Assembly (NCBI GenBank): GCA_002448475.1
Contig: DJYI01000049.1
Coordinates: 5,475-69,474 of the forward strand
Length of the DNA: 64,000 nucleotides
Direction of reading: 5' to 3'
DNA from: Verrucomicrobia bacterium UBA6982
GTDB lineage: Bacteria; Verrucomicrobiota; Kiritimatiellia; RFP12; UBA3636
Part shown: in pieces, positions 23,372-33,716 of the stretch
Layout: each line of letters opens with the position of its first letter
Position numbering within the stretch: position 1 is the stretch's first letter
The notes under the pieces: model-generated
The model's input: only the letters and a program-made list of their open reading frames with translations
Told to the model about the DNA's origin: nothing
The model's database searches: none
Made by a program: the position numbers and the translations under genes

Positions 23372-26008
23372 CTAGCGCACAACCATCACAAACGGGGGCG
23401 AGACGAGTTCATCGGTTTCCGGGCCCACGGCGCTGAATGCCGCATAGCCGCCGGAAGCCGATTTCGGGAGATGCGCCTTTTTGTCAATGGAGTCCCAAAG
23501 CGCAACGAGGCCGTTCTTGAGGCGGACTGGCTGGAAACGGCGGACAGGCTCGCCGTCCTGCCTGAGTTTGAGCCAATAGAGACGCGATTTTGCGAACGAT
23601 GCGGCCGTGCCGTTCTGGTTGTTTGCGAAGAGGTATAGATTCTTTCCGGTGTTGATGTCGTCGGCAAGCGACCGGGATGAAACGACCGTCGAGGTCTTCG
23701 CCTCGTCGTCGATGATCGTGATGACTTGCGATCCTGCCGAAAACGAAACGCGCGCGTGGTTGGTCGCGTTGCAATACAGGCGATAGACGTCCGCGTAGCC
23801 CGCGCCCCACTGCGATGCGGGCGTGGCGGGATCGCTCAGGCTGGGACGCCAATACGAGTCGGCGTAGCCGAAGGCGAGCGTGTCCAGGGCACCGTGATAC
23901 CACATGTAGAACCGGGAATTGGCGTCGCTGCCGAGCGATCCGAGGAAGCACTCCTCGCCGCCGCCGTTCGGGCGCAGGTTCGTCTCGATGAATTCGGCGG
24001 TCGTCCCAGCCTTGCCAATGACGCCCGTATCGACATACTGCGTCCCGTCAGTTTCGACATATTCGAGAAAGGCATCGACGGAAGAGCGGGCCGATTCTTC
24101 CGTCACCTCTCCCGTGTTGCCTTCGGCGGGAATGGCGGGAATCGGGTAGAAAATGCGCTGCGAGACGGTATCGTAGAGCGCGGCCTGGCCGTCCTTCACG
24201 CACGGCTTGAAATCGCGCACCGGCGTCTCGCCGCCTTGGTAGATCGCGAGCCCGTAGCAACGCGCGGCGGAACGGTAGATCGGCTTGCCGTTCTTCGTGT
24301 CGTTGCAGGCGAAGAGGTAGAGGTTGCCTTTGCCGGAGGCTTCGCCGGACCAGGTCTGGGGTGTCGTCGTGGGCGAACCGCCCTCCGGCGTCAGCGTGAC
24401 GGACTGCGCCCCTGCGGCGAACGACACGTCGAAGGAGTATTTCGTTCCAGCTTCATACGCAGAGCCGAAGGACTTGGTGTTGTTGCCATATCCGATCCAC
24501 GGCTTCTGCGCGGTCTGGTCGATCATGTAAAAGCGGTTGGCGTCAGAACCGCTGTTGTAGCATCCGCAGGCGAGATAGGAATGGTGGTTTTCGTCGAGAT
24601 ACTGGTTCTCTTCGTCCGACGTGCGCATCTGCGTCCACGCCATCTCGCCCGTCGCGCGCGTCGGAGAGCTGGCGTCCACCTGCGTGTCGAGGTGCGTGAA
24701 GCCGTCGGACTCGATGTAATCCACGAACACGACATCGTCCGGGGAGGCCGCGACCGAGTTGTCGAACTTGAGCGGATCGCCTTCCGGATAGAAGATGGTC
24801 TTCGAGACGTCGTCGTAGAGCGCTGCCTGGCCGTATTTGAGGCACGGGCGGAAGTCGCGGACCATCACGCCGTCCTGGAAGAGCTTGAGCCAATAAACGC
24901 GCGCCTTGCCCCAATACTGCTTGGCGAGCGCACTGCCGCTCTGGTTGCAGCAGAAGAGATACAGGCTGCGACCGGTGTCGATGGAGGTCGTGCCAGTTCC
25001 CGCGTAGCTTCCCACGACGCTTCCCTCGGGACCTCCTTCGCGAACCGTGATCGCCTGGTTTCCGACGGCGAACGACGCATCGACATGGTATCGCTCGCCG
25101 GGCGTGAAGGTGCCGAACGTTCCATACGAGCCATAGCCCCAGAGCCATTTGTCGCCCGTGTTGCGGTGGACGAGGTAGAAGCGCTTGTTCGTTCCGTCGC
25201 GTGAATCCAGCAGCGCCTGGTCGGAGCTCGTTCCGATCCAGGCCATTTCCATCTGCGCGGCGGTCCCGGAGCGACCGGTCACCTTTGTGTCGATGTAGGA
25301 ATTGCCCTCAGACTCCACGTAGTCGATGAAGGCGTCGGGGACGTCGCAATTGGTGTCGTAGGTCAGGTCCGTGCCGGAAGCGGAGTAGTAGATTTTGTCG
25401 TTCTGGGAGTCGTAGAGACCGGCGCGACCGCCGTGGACGCAGGGGCGGAAGTCGCGGACGAGCGCTCCGTCCTGCCAGATCTTGAGACCATAGCAGCGCG
25501 TCTTGGAGAAGCCCGCCGCCGTTCCGTTCTGGTTGTTGGCGAAGACGTAGAGGTTCAGCCCGGTATCGAGCGCGGTGTAGTCCTTTGAAAACACCTTCGT
25601 GCCGTCGATGATGACCGTATTCGTCGAATAGTTGTTCGCGTCTGCGGCGGAGAAGTCCGTCGCGTAGGTGTAAACGCGCTTTTTCTCAAACAGCAGATCC
25701 TGCCCGTTGTTGACCTTGTCGCCCTTTCCTTGCGCCGTGAACATGTTGCCGGACGTCGAACTGCACCAGCAGGCGTAGAAGCGGGTGTCGCTCGACCAGT
25801 ATCCGGAGGCGAGGAATGCGGAGTCGGCGAGGTTCATCCACTCGACCTTGCATTCGGCCTTGGTTCCGTGGCGTCCGACGACGCCGGTGTCGATCCATTG
25901 CGAACCGGTCGATTCGACGTAGCGGACGAACTTGTCCGGCGTTCCCGCCGAAGTTGTCAAAATCGCGGCGGAAGCCACGAAGACGGACAAGAGAAGATTG
26001 CGATTCAT
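23372..26008 (-). CDS. Large secreted protein built from about 5 tandem ~150-aa beta-sandwich (ConA/LamG-like?) repeats, C-terminus ...PPFVMVVR*.
   Basis: Signal peptide MNRNLLLSVFVASAAILTTSAG. Repeat hallmark (F)IDYVES.G..YIDTGV.G.....(A)LYD.....IFYP occurs five times. Confidence 0.6.
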   Translation of the reverse strand: MNRNLLLSVFVASAAILTTSAGTPDKFVRYVESTGSQWIDTGVVGRHGTKAECKVEWMNLADSAFLASGYWSSDTRFYACWCSSTSGNMFTAQGKGDKVNNGQDLLFEKKRVYTYATDFSAADANNYSTNTVIIDGTKVFSKDYTALDTGLNLYVFANNQNGTAAGFSKTRCYGLKIWQDGALVRDFRPCVHGGRAGLYDSQNDKIYYSASGTDLTYDTNCDVPDAFIDYVESEGNSYIDTKVTGRSGTAAQMEMAWIGTSSDQALLDSRDGTNKRFYLVHRNTGDKWLWGYGSYGTFGTFTPGERYHVDASFAVGNQAITVREGGPEGSVVGSYAGTGTTSIDTGRSLYLFCCNQSGSALAKQYWGKARVYWLKLFQDGVMVRDFRPCLKYGQAALYDDVSKTIFYPEGDPLKFDNSVAASPDDVVFVDYIESDGFTHLDTQVDASSPTRATGEMAWTQMRTSDEENQYLDENHHSYLACGCYNSGSDANRFYMIDQTAQKPWIGYGNNTKSFGSAYEAGTKYSFDVSFAAGAQSVTLTPEGGSPTTTPQTWSGEASGKGNLYLFACNDTKNGKPIYRSAARCYGLAIYQGGETPVRDFKPCVKDGQAALYDTVSQRIFYPIPAIPAEGNTGEVTEESARSSVDAFLEYVETDGTQYVDTGVIGKAGTTAEFIETNLRPNGGGEECFLGSLGSDANSRFYMWYHGALDTLAFGYADSYWRPSLSDPATPASQWGAGYADVYRLYCNATNHARVSFSAGSQVITIIDDEAKTSTVVSSRSLADDINTGKNLYLFANNQNGTAASFAKSRLYWLKLRQDGEPVRRFQPVRLKNGLVALWDSIDKKAHLPKSASGGYAAFSAVGPETDELVSPPFVMVVR

Positions 26009-26207
26009 CGTTTTGTTCCCTGTTGTTGACCATGTCGCCCGGCATCCGCCCCGTCCGGGGCGAACTGCGCGGCAACGGGAACGATGATAACGCATCTCCT
26101 TGCAAAAAGCGTTGATTTTGGAGCAAAACTTATTTCGACGAAAAACATTCCACTTCGACGGCCCGACGCGCTCGCCAACAAACCCGACGCCGAACGTTTC
26201 AATTCCA

Positions 26208-26236
26208 TTGACATCAAATCGGCTGTGATGTAGAAT
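26208..26236 (+). promoter_or_regulatory. Canonical sigma70 promoter: TTGACA, 17-bp spacer, TAGAAT, 7 nt upstream of the vapB ATG (near-leaderless).
   Basis: Direct reading: cattgacatcaaatcggctgtgatgtagaatttgtggcATG. Confidence 0.6.
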
Positions 26237-26243
26237 TTGTGGC

Positions 26244-26498
26244 ATGATACGCACGCAAATCCAACTCCCAGACGCCCTCTACGCCCATACCCGGCGCTTC
26301 GCCGCAATCCGCGAAATCAGCATGGCGGAACTTTGCCGCAACTCGCTGGAACTCTTTCTGGCGATCCATCCCCTCGCCGAAGACGGGCCGCCGAGTCGGC
26401 GCTGGGAGCCACCGGTCTGCCGATCCACGGGACTCAAGGCCGATCCGTTCTCCGCCGAGGACTGGCGCGAGCGCATCTATGCCGCCGACCAGGAATGA
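26244..26498 (+). CDS. vapB: Antitoxin of a type II TA pair (ribbon-helix-helix/VapB-like), 84 aa.
   Basis: Small ORF immediately upstream of and adjacent to the PIN gene. N-terminal MIRTQIQLPDALYA has beta-strand-then-helix character. Confidence 0.55.
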   Translation: MIRTQIQLPDALYAHTRRFAAIREISMAELCRNSLELFLAIHPLAEDGPPSRRWEPPVCRSTGLKADPFSAEDWRERIYAADQE

Positions 26499-26511
26499 GG
26501 GGGCGTTCGCC

Positions 26512-26949
26512 ATGGTCTCCTGCGACACCAACATTCTGTTCGCCGCATCCAACCCGGACGATCCGAACCACGCCGCCGCCGCCGCGTTCGTTTCCAAGCA
26601 TGCCGAAGACCAGCGTTTCGTGATTGCCGAGCAGGTGCTGGTCGAATTGTACTGCCTGCTTCGGAACCCAGTCGTGCAGACTCGGCCGCTCACTGCGCCC
26701 GAGGCCGTGTCCGTCGTCTCCGCGTATCGAAGCAACCCCGCATGGGCGGTCGTGGACATCCCCTCCGGCCCGGACGCGATGAACGCCGTCTGGAGCCGGG
26801 CCGCCGCTCCCGGTTTCGCCCGCCGCCGAATACACGACATGCGTCTGGCCGAGACGCTTCGGCACTGGGGGGTGGACGAATTCCACACCCGGAACGTCCG
26901 CGATTTCGTAGACGCCGGCTTTCGCGTCCTCTCGAATCCTCTGGACTGA
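26512..26949 (+). CDS. vapC: PIN-domain toxin (VapC family).
   Basis: MVSCDTNILF (first acidic D), IAEQVLVEL, and RRIHDMRLAETLRHWGVDEFHTRNVRDF. An AGGGGG RBS lies 8 nt upstream of ATG 26512. Confidence 0.75.
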   Translation: MVSCDTNILFAASNPDDPNHAAAAAFVSKHAEDQRFVIAEQVLVELYCLLRNPVVQTRPLTAPEAVSVVSAYRSNPAWAVVDIPSGPDAMNAVWSRAAAPGFARRRIHDMRLAETLRHWGVDEFHTRNVRDFVDAGFRVLSNPLD

Positions 26950-27020
26950 ACGGTCGCTGGCCGTTCGTGAAGCGCCGCTCGGGCGAACCGTGCGAACGCA
27001 TGAAAGTTCGCCCTGTCGCG

Positions 27021-28220
27021 CTATCCGAGATGGTTCTTGCGCCACTGGCGCATCGACATGCCCGTGCGAGCCCGAAAGGCGATGCGCAGCTCGACCTGCG
27101 AGCCGAAGCCGCAGAAGTCGGCGATGGCACCGATGGGCGGCTGAGGTCTGGCAAGCAGGTCCTTCACCGCCTGGAGGCGCACATGCATGATCTCGTCCAT
27201 CACCGAGTGGCCCATTGCCTCGCGGAACCGGCGTTCGAAATGCTTGCGGGAGCCGGGAATCCGCGCGGCGAGACCTGCCGCCGTGATCCCTCCGCAGGCC
27301 TCCTTCCGGATGATCTCGACGGCCTTGAGGACATGCGGGTCGCGGCGACCGCGGCCAAGCGTGGACTCGCGCCGCAGGATGCACAGCGGACCGAAGCGCG
27401 CCGAGAGGTCGTCCGTCGCGGCATCCTTGCAACCGCCAGAAGCCCCCGCGTCCACGAGTCGGGCCAGGAGGCGGGCTGCCAAATAGCCCGCAAGCTCGAA
27501 GTCAAGCTGTGCGGACGACACGCCCGCGATGGCCGTTTCGCCGTCGGAGTCGCCCCATCCGTCGACGCCGACAAGCGTCAGATCGCGCGGAAGGGAGCGC
27601 CCGGCGGCGCGGGCGGCGAAGGCGACGTCCTGCGCCGAGAAGTCGTTCGCGGCGAAGACGGCGCAGCCTCTTGGCAGGGTCGCGACCCATTCCGCGAGAC
27701 GGCGGCGGCGGCGCACCAGGTCGTCGGTGACGTGGCCCGGCCTCACGCGGATCGCGGTAAAAAGGTGGCACGCGGCGCCAGCGCCGTCGCAGAGTTCCCG
27801 AAACGCATCGATGCGCTCCGCGCTCCACAGCTGCATTCCGTGGCTCGGGACCGCGGCATAGCATGGCGGAAGCCCCGCCGCGAGTTCGCGGAAAGCGGTC
27901 TTCGCGACGGCGGCGTTGTCGCACGCGACACATGCCGCGCCGCCCAGGGAACGCGGCTCGGGCGGATCCAGCCACACGGCGGGGACGCAGCCGAAAAGGG
28001 CCGGTCTGGGAAATCGCCGCACAGAGGAGCTCTCCACGATGCAGCCGACGGGACGGCGGTCCTTCAGAAGCCTGCGAACGTTTTCCGGCCGCGACTCCGA
28101 GGATTTCAGCGCCGCGACTTCCCAGCCGCGCATCCTCGCAAAGCGGAGGATGCCGGCCAGCTTGCGCCGCCGCGTGTTGTTCTCCCCGCTGCCGTTCAGA
28201 AACAGGACCGTTCCAGCCAT
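27021..28220 (-). CDS. XylR-like regulator (PBP-fold sensor plus AraC helix-turn-helix), paralog of 17372..18577.
   Basis: C-terminal ...ITAAGLAARIPGSRKHFERRFREAMGHSVMDEIMHVRLQAVKDLL...FCGFGSQVELRIAFRARTGMS. Confidence 0.75.
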   Translation of the reverse strand: MAGTVLFLNGSGENNTRRRKLAGILRFARMRGWEVAALKSSESRPENVRRLLKDRRPVGCIVESSSVRRFPRPALFGCVPAVWLDPPEPRSLGGAACVACDNAAVAKTAFRELAAGLPPCYAAVPSHGMQLWSAERIDAFRELCDGAGAACHLFTAIRVRPGHVTDDLVRRRRRLAEWVATLPRGCAVFAANDFSAQDVAFAARAAGRSLPRDLTLVGVDGWGDSDGETAIAGVSSAQLDFELAGYLAARLLARLVDAGASGGCKDAATDDLSARFGPLCILRRESTLGRGRRDPHVLKAVEIIRKEACGGITAAGLAARIPGSRKHFERRFREAMGHSVMDEIMHVRLQAVKDLLARPQPPIGAIADFCGFGSQVELRIAFRARTGMSMRQWRKNHLG

Positions 28221-28255
28221 TGTCTTTCCCCCGCGATGGCGAGCGTCGGTGCCGT

Positions 28256-30412
28256 CTATCGAATGCGCTTCACGGGGAAGCGCTCACCGGAAAGGGCGCG
28301 GCGGACGTATGCGCCCCAGAATGGTGTCGGCGTGTAGTCCCAATCGAGCAGAAGACGCGGCGTGGAACCGGTGTGCATGCACCAGCCGGTCCAGTGAAGC
28401 CTGTGCTTTTGGATGAAGCCCAGCAGATCCGGGCAGAAGGTGTTCGGGTCCTCCTGGTCGGAGTGCTTGATGAAGTCCATCTTCTTCTCGTCGCCGCCGC
28501 ATTCGCCAACGAATACCGGATGCTTCTCCGCTATTGGCAGGACACGCGCCCAGCCCGGATGCCAGTTGTAGGTGTGCCACGAGTAGATGATCCCGTCGCC
28601 GTCGGGGTCGTCCATCGCCCAGCCCTGGTCCCAGCCTGTGAGGTCGTTGGTCCAGAACACGCCTGAGACTATGGCCGGATTGCGCGCGCCGGTCGAGCGC
28701 GCCGCCGCGAGAAGCCCCTTGAGGCCGACGCTTTCAAAGCCCGCGTTCGCCTTTTTCTCGGCATCGGTCAGGAAGGCCGATTCGTCATGCTGCCCCGCTT
28801 CGCCGACCCAGCCGCCGTTCACCAGCACGTCCCAGCCGATGCCGTGCGGCTCGTTGAAGAGTTCGAAAAGGACGGCAGGGTGGTTCCTGAAATGCGCGGC
28901 GGCGTCCTTCCAGAACTCCGCGTGCTCTGGCTTAGGCGCCCTGAACCTGTGCAGGTCGAGCACGACGTATGCGCCCCTGTTCGCGGCAAGCGTCACGATC
29001 CTGTCAATCAGCGCCCGGTATTCTTTTCCGCCGTCATTCTGGTAGCCGGTCTTACCAAACCAGAAGTCGTCCTTTACCGGAACGCGAATGCAGTTTGCGC
29101 CCCAATCCTCGATAGCGACGAGTGTCGATTTCTCGGCCTGCCTGTCGTGCGCGACGCTCTCGGTCCCCGAGAGGCTCACCCCCTGGAGCCAGACTTCATT
29201 TCCGGCGTCGTCAAGCAGCTTCGGGCCTTCGACATGCAGCGGACGCGGGAACTTGGCTGGATTTGGCTCCTCCGGCGGCACGTAGCGCGCGGCCTCCTGA
29301 CGTGCGCGCATCTCGGCGGCCTGGCGCGGGCCTTCGGCGTCCGTCGGGGCCAGAACGAGGTTTTCAATTTCGTAATGCCCGGCCTTCACTTGGAAGAGGC
29401 TTGGCATCACCGCAATCGCCGTCGCGCCTTCCGGCACGAGGAATTCGAGCTTTCGTTCAAACCATTCGGGCCTGTCCTTCTGCGAGTAGGCGGGCTGCGG
29501 ATGCCGGACGCCGCTCATTTTCTTGCCGTCCGGGCCGAGAAATTCTGCAATGACCCGCGCGTCAAACCACGGTTTCTCGCCCTTGACGAGTCCGGTGATC
29601 TTCTCGCGCCACGAGAGGCGCAGCGCTTCCGTGCCTTCGGGGATGTAGGCCACAAGGTATTTGCAGAGCATTTTGCCTGGCTCGGTCTGTTCGAGGACGA
29701 TCGTGCCATCTCCGGGGAGGAGGCTGCCGGTCTTTTCAAGACGGGCCGCGCACTTGGCGCGGCGCTTCGCGAGTTCGGCCTTCGCCTTGGCGGCCGCTTC
29801 TGCCGCGCGTTTCTCCGCAGCCGCACGCAAATCGGCCGGGTCGGTTGGTTCAAGTGAAATGTCGTCGATGTCGAGCGTCCCGGCCGTTACATTGAGGAGC
29901 GACGGCATGAACTTCAGAATCCGGGCCTCGGGCGGCACAAGGAAATCCTTCGCTCCCTGCTCCCAGCCGTCGGTGTCCTTGCCGCGGTTCGGCGCTCCAG
30001 GCGCCCCGCCCACCTTTCTGCGCGCGCCGTCCATGAACTCCATCATGATCCGCGCGTCGAACCAGGGCTTGTCGCCCTTCCTGAGGCCCGTGACGCGCCA
30101 GCGCCACGCGAGGCGCAGAGCCTCGACGCTTTCGGGAATCGCGATTTCGCGGTAGATCATCGCCGTGCCGCCGTCCGAGTGGATGCGCGCGAAGCGGTTG
30201 CCGTCCTCGGTCTCGTATGTTATGCCCTTGCCCGGATTTGGCGCCGGCCAGCCGTCGGGCGCCGTCGCAGCGCCATCGAATCCGGGGTTCTCGATCAAGT
30301 TGCCACTGGAAGCGGAGAGGGCCAGGAGGACGAACAATCCGATGGTGAAGCCTCGGACACGGAACCGGCTGCGCGACCGGACCGGGGAAAGGGCGTTGAA
30401 AATCCGTTTCAT
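28256..30412 (-). CDS. Secreted GH5 glycoside hydrolase with two N-terminal CBM-like beta-sandwich repeats and a coiled-coil linker.
   Basis: Signal/TM MKRIFNALSPVRSRSRFRVRGFTIGLFVLLALSA. Duplicated ~150-aa domain (..ALRL.WR..(V/I)TGL.KG(D/E)KPWFDAR..). GH5 motifs LFELFNEPHG and FVGECGG. The start was trimmed to 30412. Confidence 0.8.
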   Translation of the reverse strand: MKRIFNALSPVRSRSRFRVRGFTIGLFVLLALSASSGNLIENPGFDGAATAPDGWPAPNPGKGITYETEDGNRFARIHSDGGTAMIYREIAIPESVEALRLAWRWRVTGLRKGDKPWFDARIMMEFMDGARRKVGGAPGAPNRGKDTDGWEQGAKDFLVPPEARILKFMPSLLNVTAGTLDIDDISLEPTDPADLRAAAEKRAAEAAAKAKAELAKRRAKCAARLEKTGSLLPGDGTIVLEQTEPGKMLCKYLVAYIPEGTEALRLSWREKITGLVKGEKPWFDARVIAEFLGPDGKKMSGVRHPQPAYSQKDRPEWFERKLEFLVPEGATAIAVMPSLFQVKAGHYEIENLVLAPTDAEGPRQAAEMRARQEAARYVPPEEPNPAKFPRPLHVEGPKLLDDAGNEVWLQGVSLSGTESVAHDRQAEKSTLVAIEDWGANCIRVPVKDDFWFGKTGYQNDGGKEYRALIDRIVTLAANRGAYVVLDLHRFRAPKPEHAEFWKDAAAHFRNHPAVLFELFNEPHGIGWDVLVNGGWVGEAGQHDESAFLTDAEKKANAGFESVGLKGLLAAARSTGARNPAIVSGVFWTNDLTGWDQGWAMDDPDGDGIIYSWHTYNWHPGWARVLPIAEKHPVFVGECGGDEKKMDFIKHSDQEDPNTFCPDLLGFIQKHRLHWTGWCMHTGSTPRLLLDWDYTPTPFWGAYVRRALSGERFPVKRIR

Positions 30413-30465
30413 GGTTGGGGGTTCCGAAGATTGCGCGTCGCGAAGTCTGTTTTGCGCGCCGGGCT

Positions 30466-31449
30466 TCAGCCAAGAGGCGCGCAGAGCGAGAGCAGTTCCC
30501 CGACGTCGGCGGTGGCGAGGCATTCGACCGTGTCGGCGGCGCCGTAGTAGATCTTCACCTCGCCGGAGTCTTCGAGGATCATGCCGCCGGGGAAGATCAC
30601 GTTGCCGCGAAAGCCCGAGGTCTCGTAGCGCTCGACGGGCGGTAGGATCGGCTCGCGCGAGAGGCCGATGACCTTCGACGGGTCGTCGAGGTCGAGCAGC
30701 ATAAGTCCCGCGCAGTATTCCTTGTGCCAGCTGCCTTCCCACGAGGCAAGTTCGCGATCGACGACGCGCACGGCGTGGAACGTGGCAAGCCAGCCCTTCG
30801 TGGTGCGGATCGGCGGCGCGGCCGGGCCGATCTTCGTGGTGGCGTAGGGCACGCTTTCGGCGCCGATGACGAGCCGGGATTCGCCCCAGAAGCGAAGGTC
30901 GGGCGACTCTGAGAGCCAGATGTCGAACGCCTCGGTTTTCCCGTAGCGGGAATAGACCGGCATCGGACGCTCGAGCCGAACGTAGCGCCCGCCGATTTTC
31001 TCCGGAAAGACAGCCATGTTGCGGTCGTCCGGAACGGAGAGCGACCGGATTTCAAAGTGCTCGAAGTCCTCCGTGGTCGCCACGCCGCCGCGCAGGCCAT
31101 GCCGGGTGTCCATCGCGAAGCAGAGCACGACGCGACCCTCGACCACGGTAAGGCGCGGATCATAGACGCGCAGTATCTCGTCGTCGTGCAATTCAAGGAC
31201 TGGCTTGGGCCCGACTGTCCAGCGCACGCCGTCCCGGCTGCGGGCGATGCCGAGGTTTGTTGACAAACCGGGGAACGGAAGCCCCCTGGAGGCCGCTTCA
31301 CGCCACTGCGACTCCGTCGATCCGTAGTCGTTGCGGAAGAGCATCACGTATTCTCCCTGCCACTTGCAAACGCCGGCGTTGAAAACCAGCGATGCGTCGA
31401 AGGGGACGTCCTTCGCGGAGAGGACGGGGTTGAGGGGGGAGCGGACCAT
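30466..31449 (-). CDS. GH130 family glycoside phosphorylase/hydrolase (beta-mannoside phosphorylase-like).
   Basis: Five-bladed beta-propeller family hallmarks including KIYYGAADTV near the C-terminus. 327 aa, no signal peptide. Confidence 0.75.
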   Translation of the reverse strand: MVRSPLNPVLSAKDVPFDASLVFNAGVCKWQGEYVMLFRNDYGSTESQWREAASRGLPFPGLSTNLGIARSRDGVRWTVGPKPVLELHDDEILRVYDPRLTVVEGRVVLCFAMDTRHGLRGGVATTEDFEHFEIRSLSVPDDRNMAVFPEKIGGRYVRLERPMPVYSRYGKTEAFDIWLSESPDLRFWGESRLVIGAESVPYATTKIGPAAPPIRTTKGWLATFHAVRVVDRELASWEGSWHKEYCAGLMLLDLDDPSKVIGLSREPILPPVERYETSGFRGNVIFPGGMILEDSGEVKIYYGAADTVECLATADVGELLSLCAPLG

Positions 31450-31507
31450 GGGAGGGGAGAGGTAAGAGGTGAGAGGTGAGAGGGAAGAGGTGAGAGGGAA
31501 GCCGCCT

Positions 31508-33661
31508 CTACCGGAACACGATCACTGTGGAGGAGTCCGGCTTGACAACCCAGAGCTCGGTGTTGTTGACGCGCTTTTCCAGGCGAATCCTGCTGGACGT
31601 GGCGGTGAAGGTCGCGGCAATCGGCGAATCCGAACGGAGAATGCAGGCGGAAGTACCGTCGCGGAGTTCCCCGGAGACGACCACGCCCGCGGAGCCCGTC
31701 ACCTCGCCGTTCACTGTGAGGCACGGCACGGCGCCGTCGGTAACCGCCACCGCCAGCGATGAGCCTTCCGCGAAGGTGATGTTGCCGGTGATCAAGCCGG
31801 CGCCGCCCAGCGCCGCCCCGGCGGCGACGGATGGCGATGTGCCGGTGACATCGCCATCAAGCAGAAGAGTCCCTTTCTCGACGGCAAGGGTGCCGTTGAG
31901 CGTGATCGAGCCACCGATGCGCTGCGTTCCTTCGCCGATCTTCCGAAATGCCAGCGTGCCGCCGGTGCGGTTGATGTTACCTTCGAAATCGGCGTCGGAA
32001 TCGTTGTCGCCGACGACGATGGAAGAGTTAAAGCTGTTGTTGAGGGTGATCGTTCCGCGGCCGCGGAGTCCGTTCATCGTGAACGCCGGGGCATTGCCGA
32101 TACGGAGGTTTCCGTCCACGACGGTGTCGCCCGTGCGATTGCCGGAAGGCAGGAACGAGTCGCTCTGGAGCCAGACGTTCCCGACAATGGTCACATCACC
32201 GGTGAAGGTTCCCGTCGAATAGACCGAGAGGCTGCCTTGGCCGGGGTAGGTGGCCGGGACCTGCGGAGTACCCAACGGAATGGATCCGAACGTGATGCCG
32301 GACGATCCGGCAACCGATCCGTGCAGTTCGGAATACTTTCCCGGGCGATTCGTGAAGTAGCCCCGGCGCCCGCCGAAGTCGAGGTTCGCGCGAAGACAGA
32401 CGCGCTGGTTGCTGTCGAGCATGACCGCTCCGGACGTGACGACGAGCGTTCCGTTCGTGGCGACGACTTCCTGCGCGACGGTCGCGTAGCCGGTCGCGAG
32501 GCTGTTCACGACCGTCCGCTGCCCGGTGAACTCGACTTTCGAGACCCCGGACGCGATGTAGACGTTTTCGCCTTCGGTTTCGAGTTCGCCCTCGAACGCT
32601 TCGGAAATGGTTCGGCGCTCCGTGTCGGCCGACAGCGCGCGGAAGCCGTTTGCCGCATCGTAGACGGCAAACCCGGTTTCGGCGATGCGGGCCCACGGGA
32701 CGATCGCGCAGGAGGTCGTGCCGGCGCTGCCGCCGACCGTTTCGACGCCATCTTCGACGAGCAGCCGAACCGCGTTGGCCGCTTCGGCGCTGCCCAGAAG
32801 GGTGTAGTTGTTGGCCGAGATGTCCAGAAGCGTGTCGTGCACCCTGTCGAAAGTTCCGACGCGAACGGTCAACGGCTTGCTCGAACTCCGGAACGAAAAC
32901 ACCGGATACCCTCCTTGGTAGTCGCCCGGAGCGGTTTTCGGCGACGATGCGAGCTGGACCGTGCCGAAGGAATCCTCCGCGCCGCTGCCGTTTTTCCGGG
33001 CGTAGAACTGGACGGTTCCCGCCTCCAGCCGGAGCGTGGACGCGATGCGGCGCCCGGCGTCCGAACCGCTTTCTTCGCCGATGCGGAGAATCGGCATGGC
33101 CGTGTTGCCGGCGGACTTGCGCAGCGTGATCGTCCCCGTTCCGGCGAGGGCTGACGCGCCATAAAAACCGAAGGGATTGGCCGTTCCCTCCAGCATGAGG
33201 TCTCCGTTGGAGAGGGTGTTGTAGAAGGACACGGGAAAGGTCGAGGAGAGTGTGCGCGTCCCGCCGCCCAGATCGATGTCCAGGTGCTGCCCGGCAGTCG
33301 CCGAGCCGAACACCAGGTTTCCTTTGGTCGCCGGCGGAGCCCAGGCCATGTCGGATGCGAACGTGGCCGTACGGTCCGTTCCGTAGCCGCGAAGGATGAA
33401 CGTCACCTCTCCGGGATGAGCGAACGAAAGTCCGTTCTCGCCAAAGGTCCAGTCTCGATCAAAGGTTAGGTTCAACGTGACCTTGGACGTCAGATTGTCT
33501 CCAAAGAGGCCGGAGACGATGCCGTCCTGCCAGTTTTCGATATCGGTGAAGGAGTAGGTTCCCGCTGTCGTCTGAAGCCAGCCGGTGTCGGCGTGTACGG
33601 GGCAGAGTCCTGCCGACAGAAGGGCGAGCGAGGTGAGGGTGAGGAGGGCGTGTGGTTTCAT
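31508..33661 (-). CDS. Secreted beta-helical protein with autotransporter-associated beta-strand-type repeats, C-terminus ...DSSTVIVFR*.
   Basis: Signal peptide MKPHALLTLTSLALLSAGLCPVHA. Repeats such as GGTLAFRKIGEGTQRIGGSITLNGTLAVEKGTLLLDGDVTG. No PEP-CTERM tail. Confidence 0.65.
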   Translation of the reverse strand: MKPHALLTLTSLALLSAGLCPVHADTGWLQTTAGTYSFTDIENWQDGIVSGLFGDNLTSKVTLNLTFDRDWTFGENGLSFAHPGEVTFILRGYGTDRTATFASDMAWAPPATKGNLVFGSATAGQHLDIDLGGGTRTLSSTFPVSFYNTLSNGDLMLEGTANPFGFYGASALAGTGTITLRKSAGNTAMPILRIGEESGSDAGRRIASTLRLEAGTVQFYARKNGSGAEDSFGTVQLASSPKTAPGDYQGGYPVFSFRSSSKPLTVRVGTFDRVHDTLLDISANNYTLLGSAEAANAVRLLVEDGVETVGGSAGTTSCAIVPWARIAETGFAVYDAANGFRALSADTERRTISEAFEGELETEGENVYIASGVSKVEFTGQRTVVNSLATGYATVAQEVVATNGTLVVTSGAVMLDSNQRVCLRANLDFGGRRGYFTNRPGKYSELHGSVAGSSGITFGSIPLGTPQVPATYPGQGSLSVYSTGTFTGDVTIVGNVWLQSDSFLPSGNRTGDTVVDGNLRIGNAPAFTMNGLRGRGTITLNNSFNSSIVVGDNDSDADFEGNINRTGGTLAFRKIGEGTQRIGGSITLNGTLAVEKGTLLLDGDVTGTSPSVAAGAALGGAGLITGNITFAEGSSLAVAVTDGAVPCLTVNGEVTGSAGVVVSGELRDGTSACILRSDSPIAATFTATSSRIRLEKRVNNTELWVVKPDSSTVIVFR

Positions 33662-33716
33662 GGTGTTTGCGTGTTTGTTTTGGTGAATGTCGGTTGCTGT
33701 CGATTGCGATGGATGG

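Noticed and set aside
21410-23638. A 742-aa plus-strand ORF overlapping GH 21251..23344.
   Set aside because: It is antisense to a gene with clear clan GH-A motifs and a conserved paralog. Its composition is typical of spurious GC-rich reading frames.
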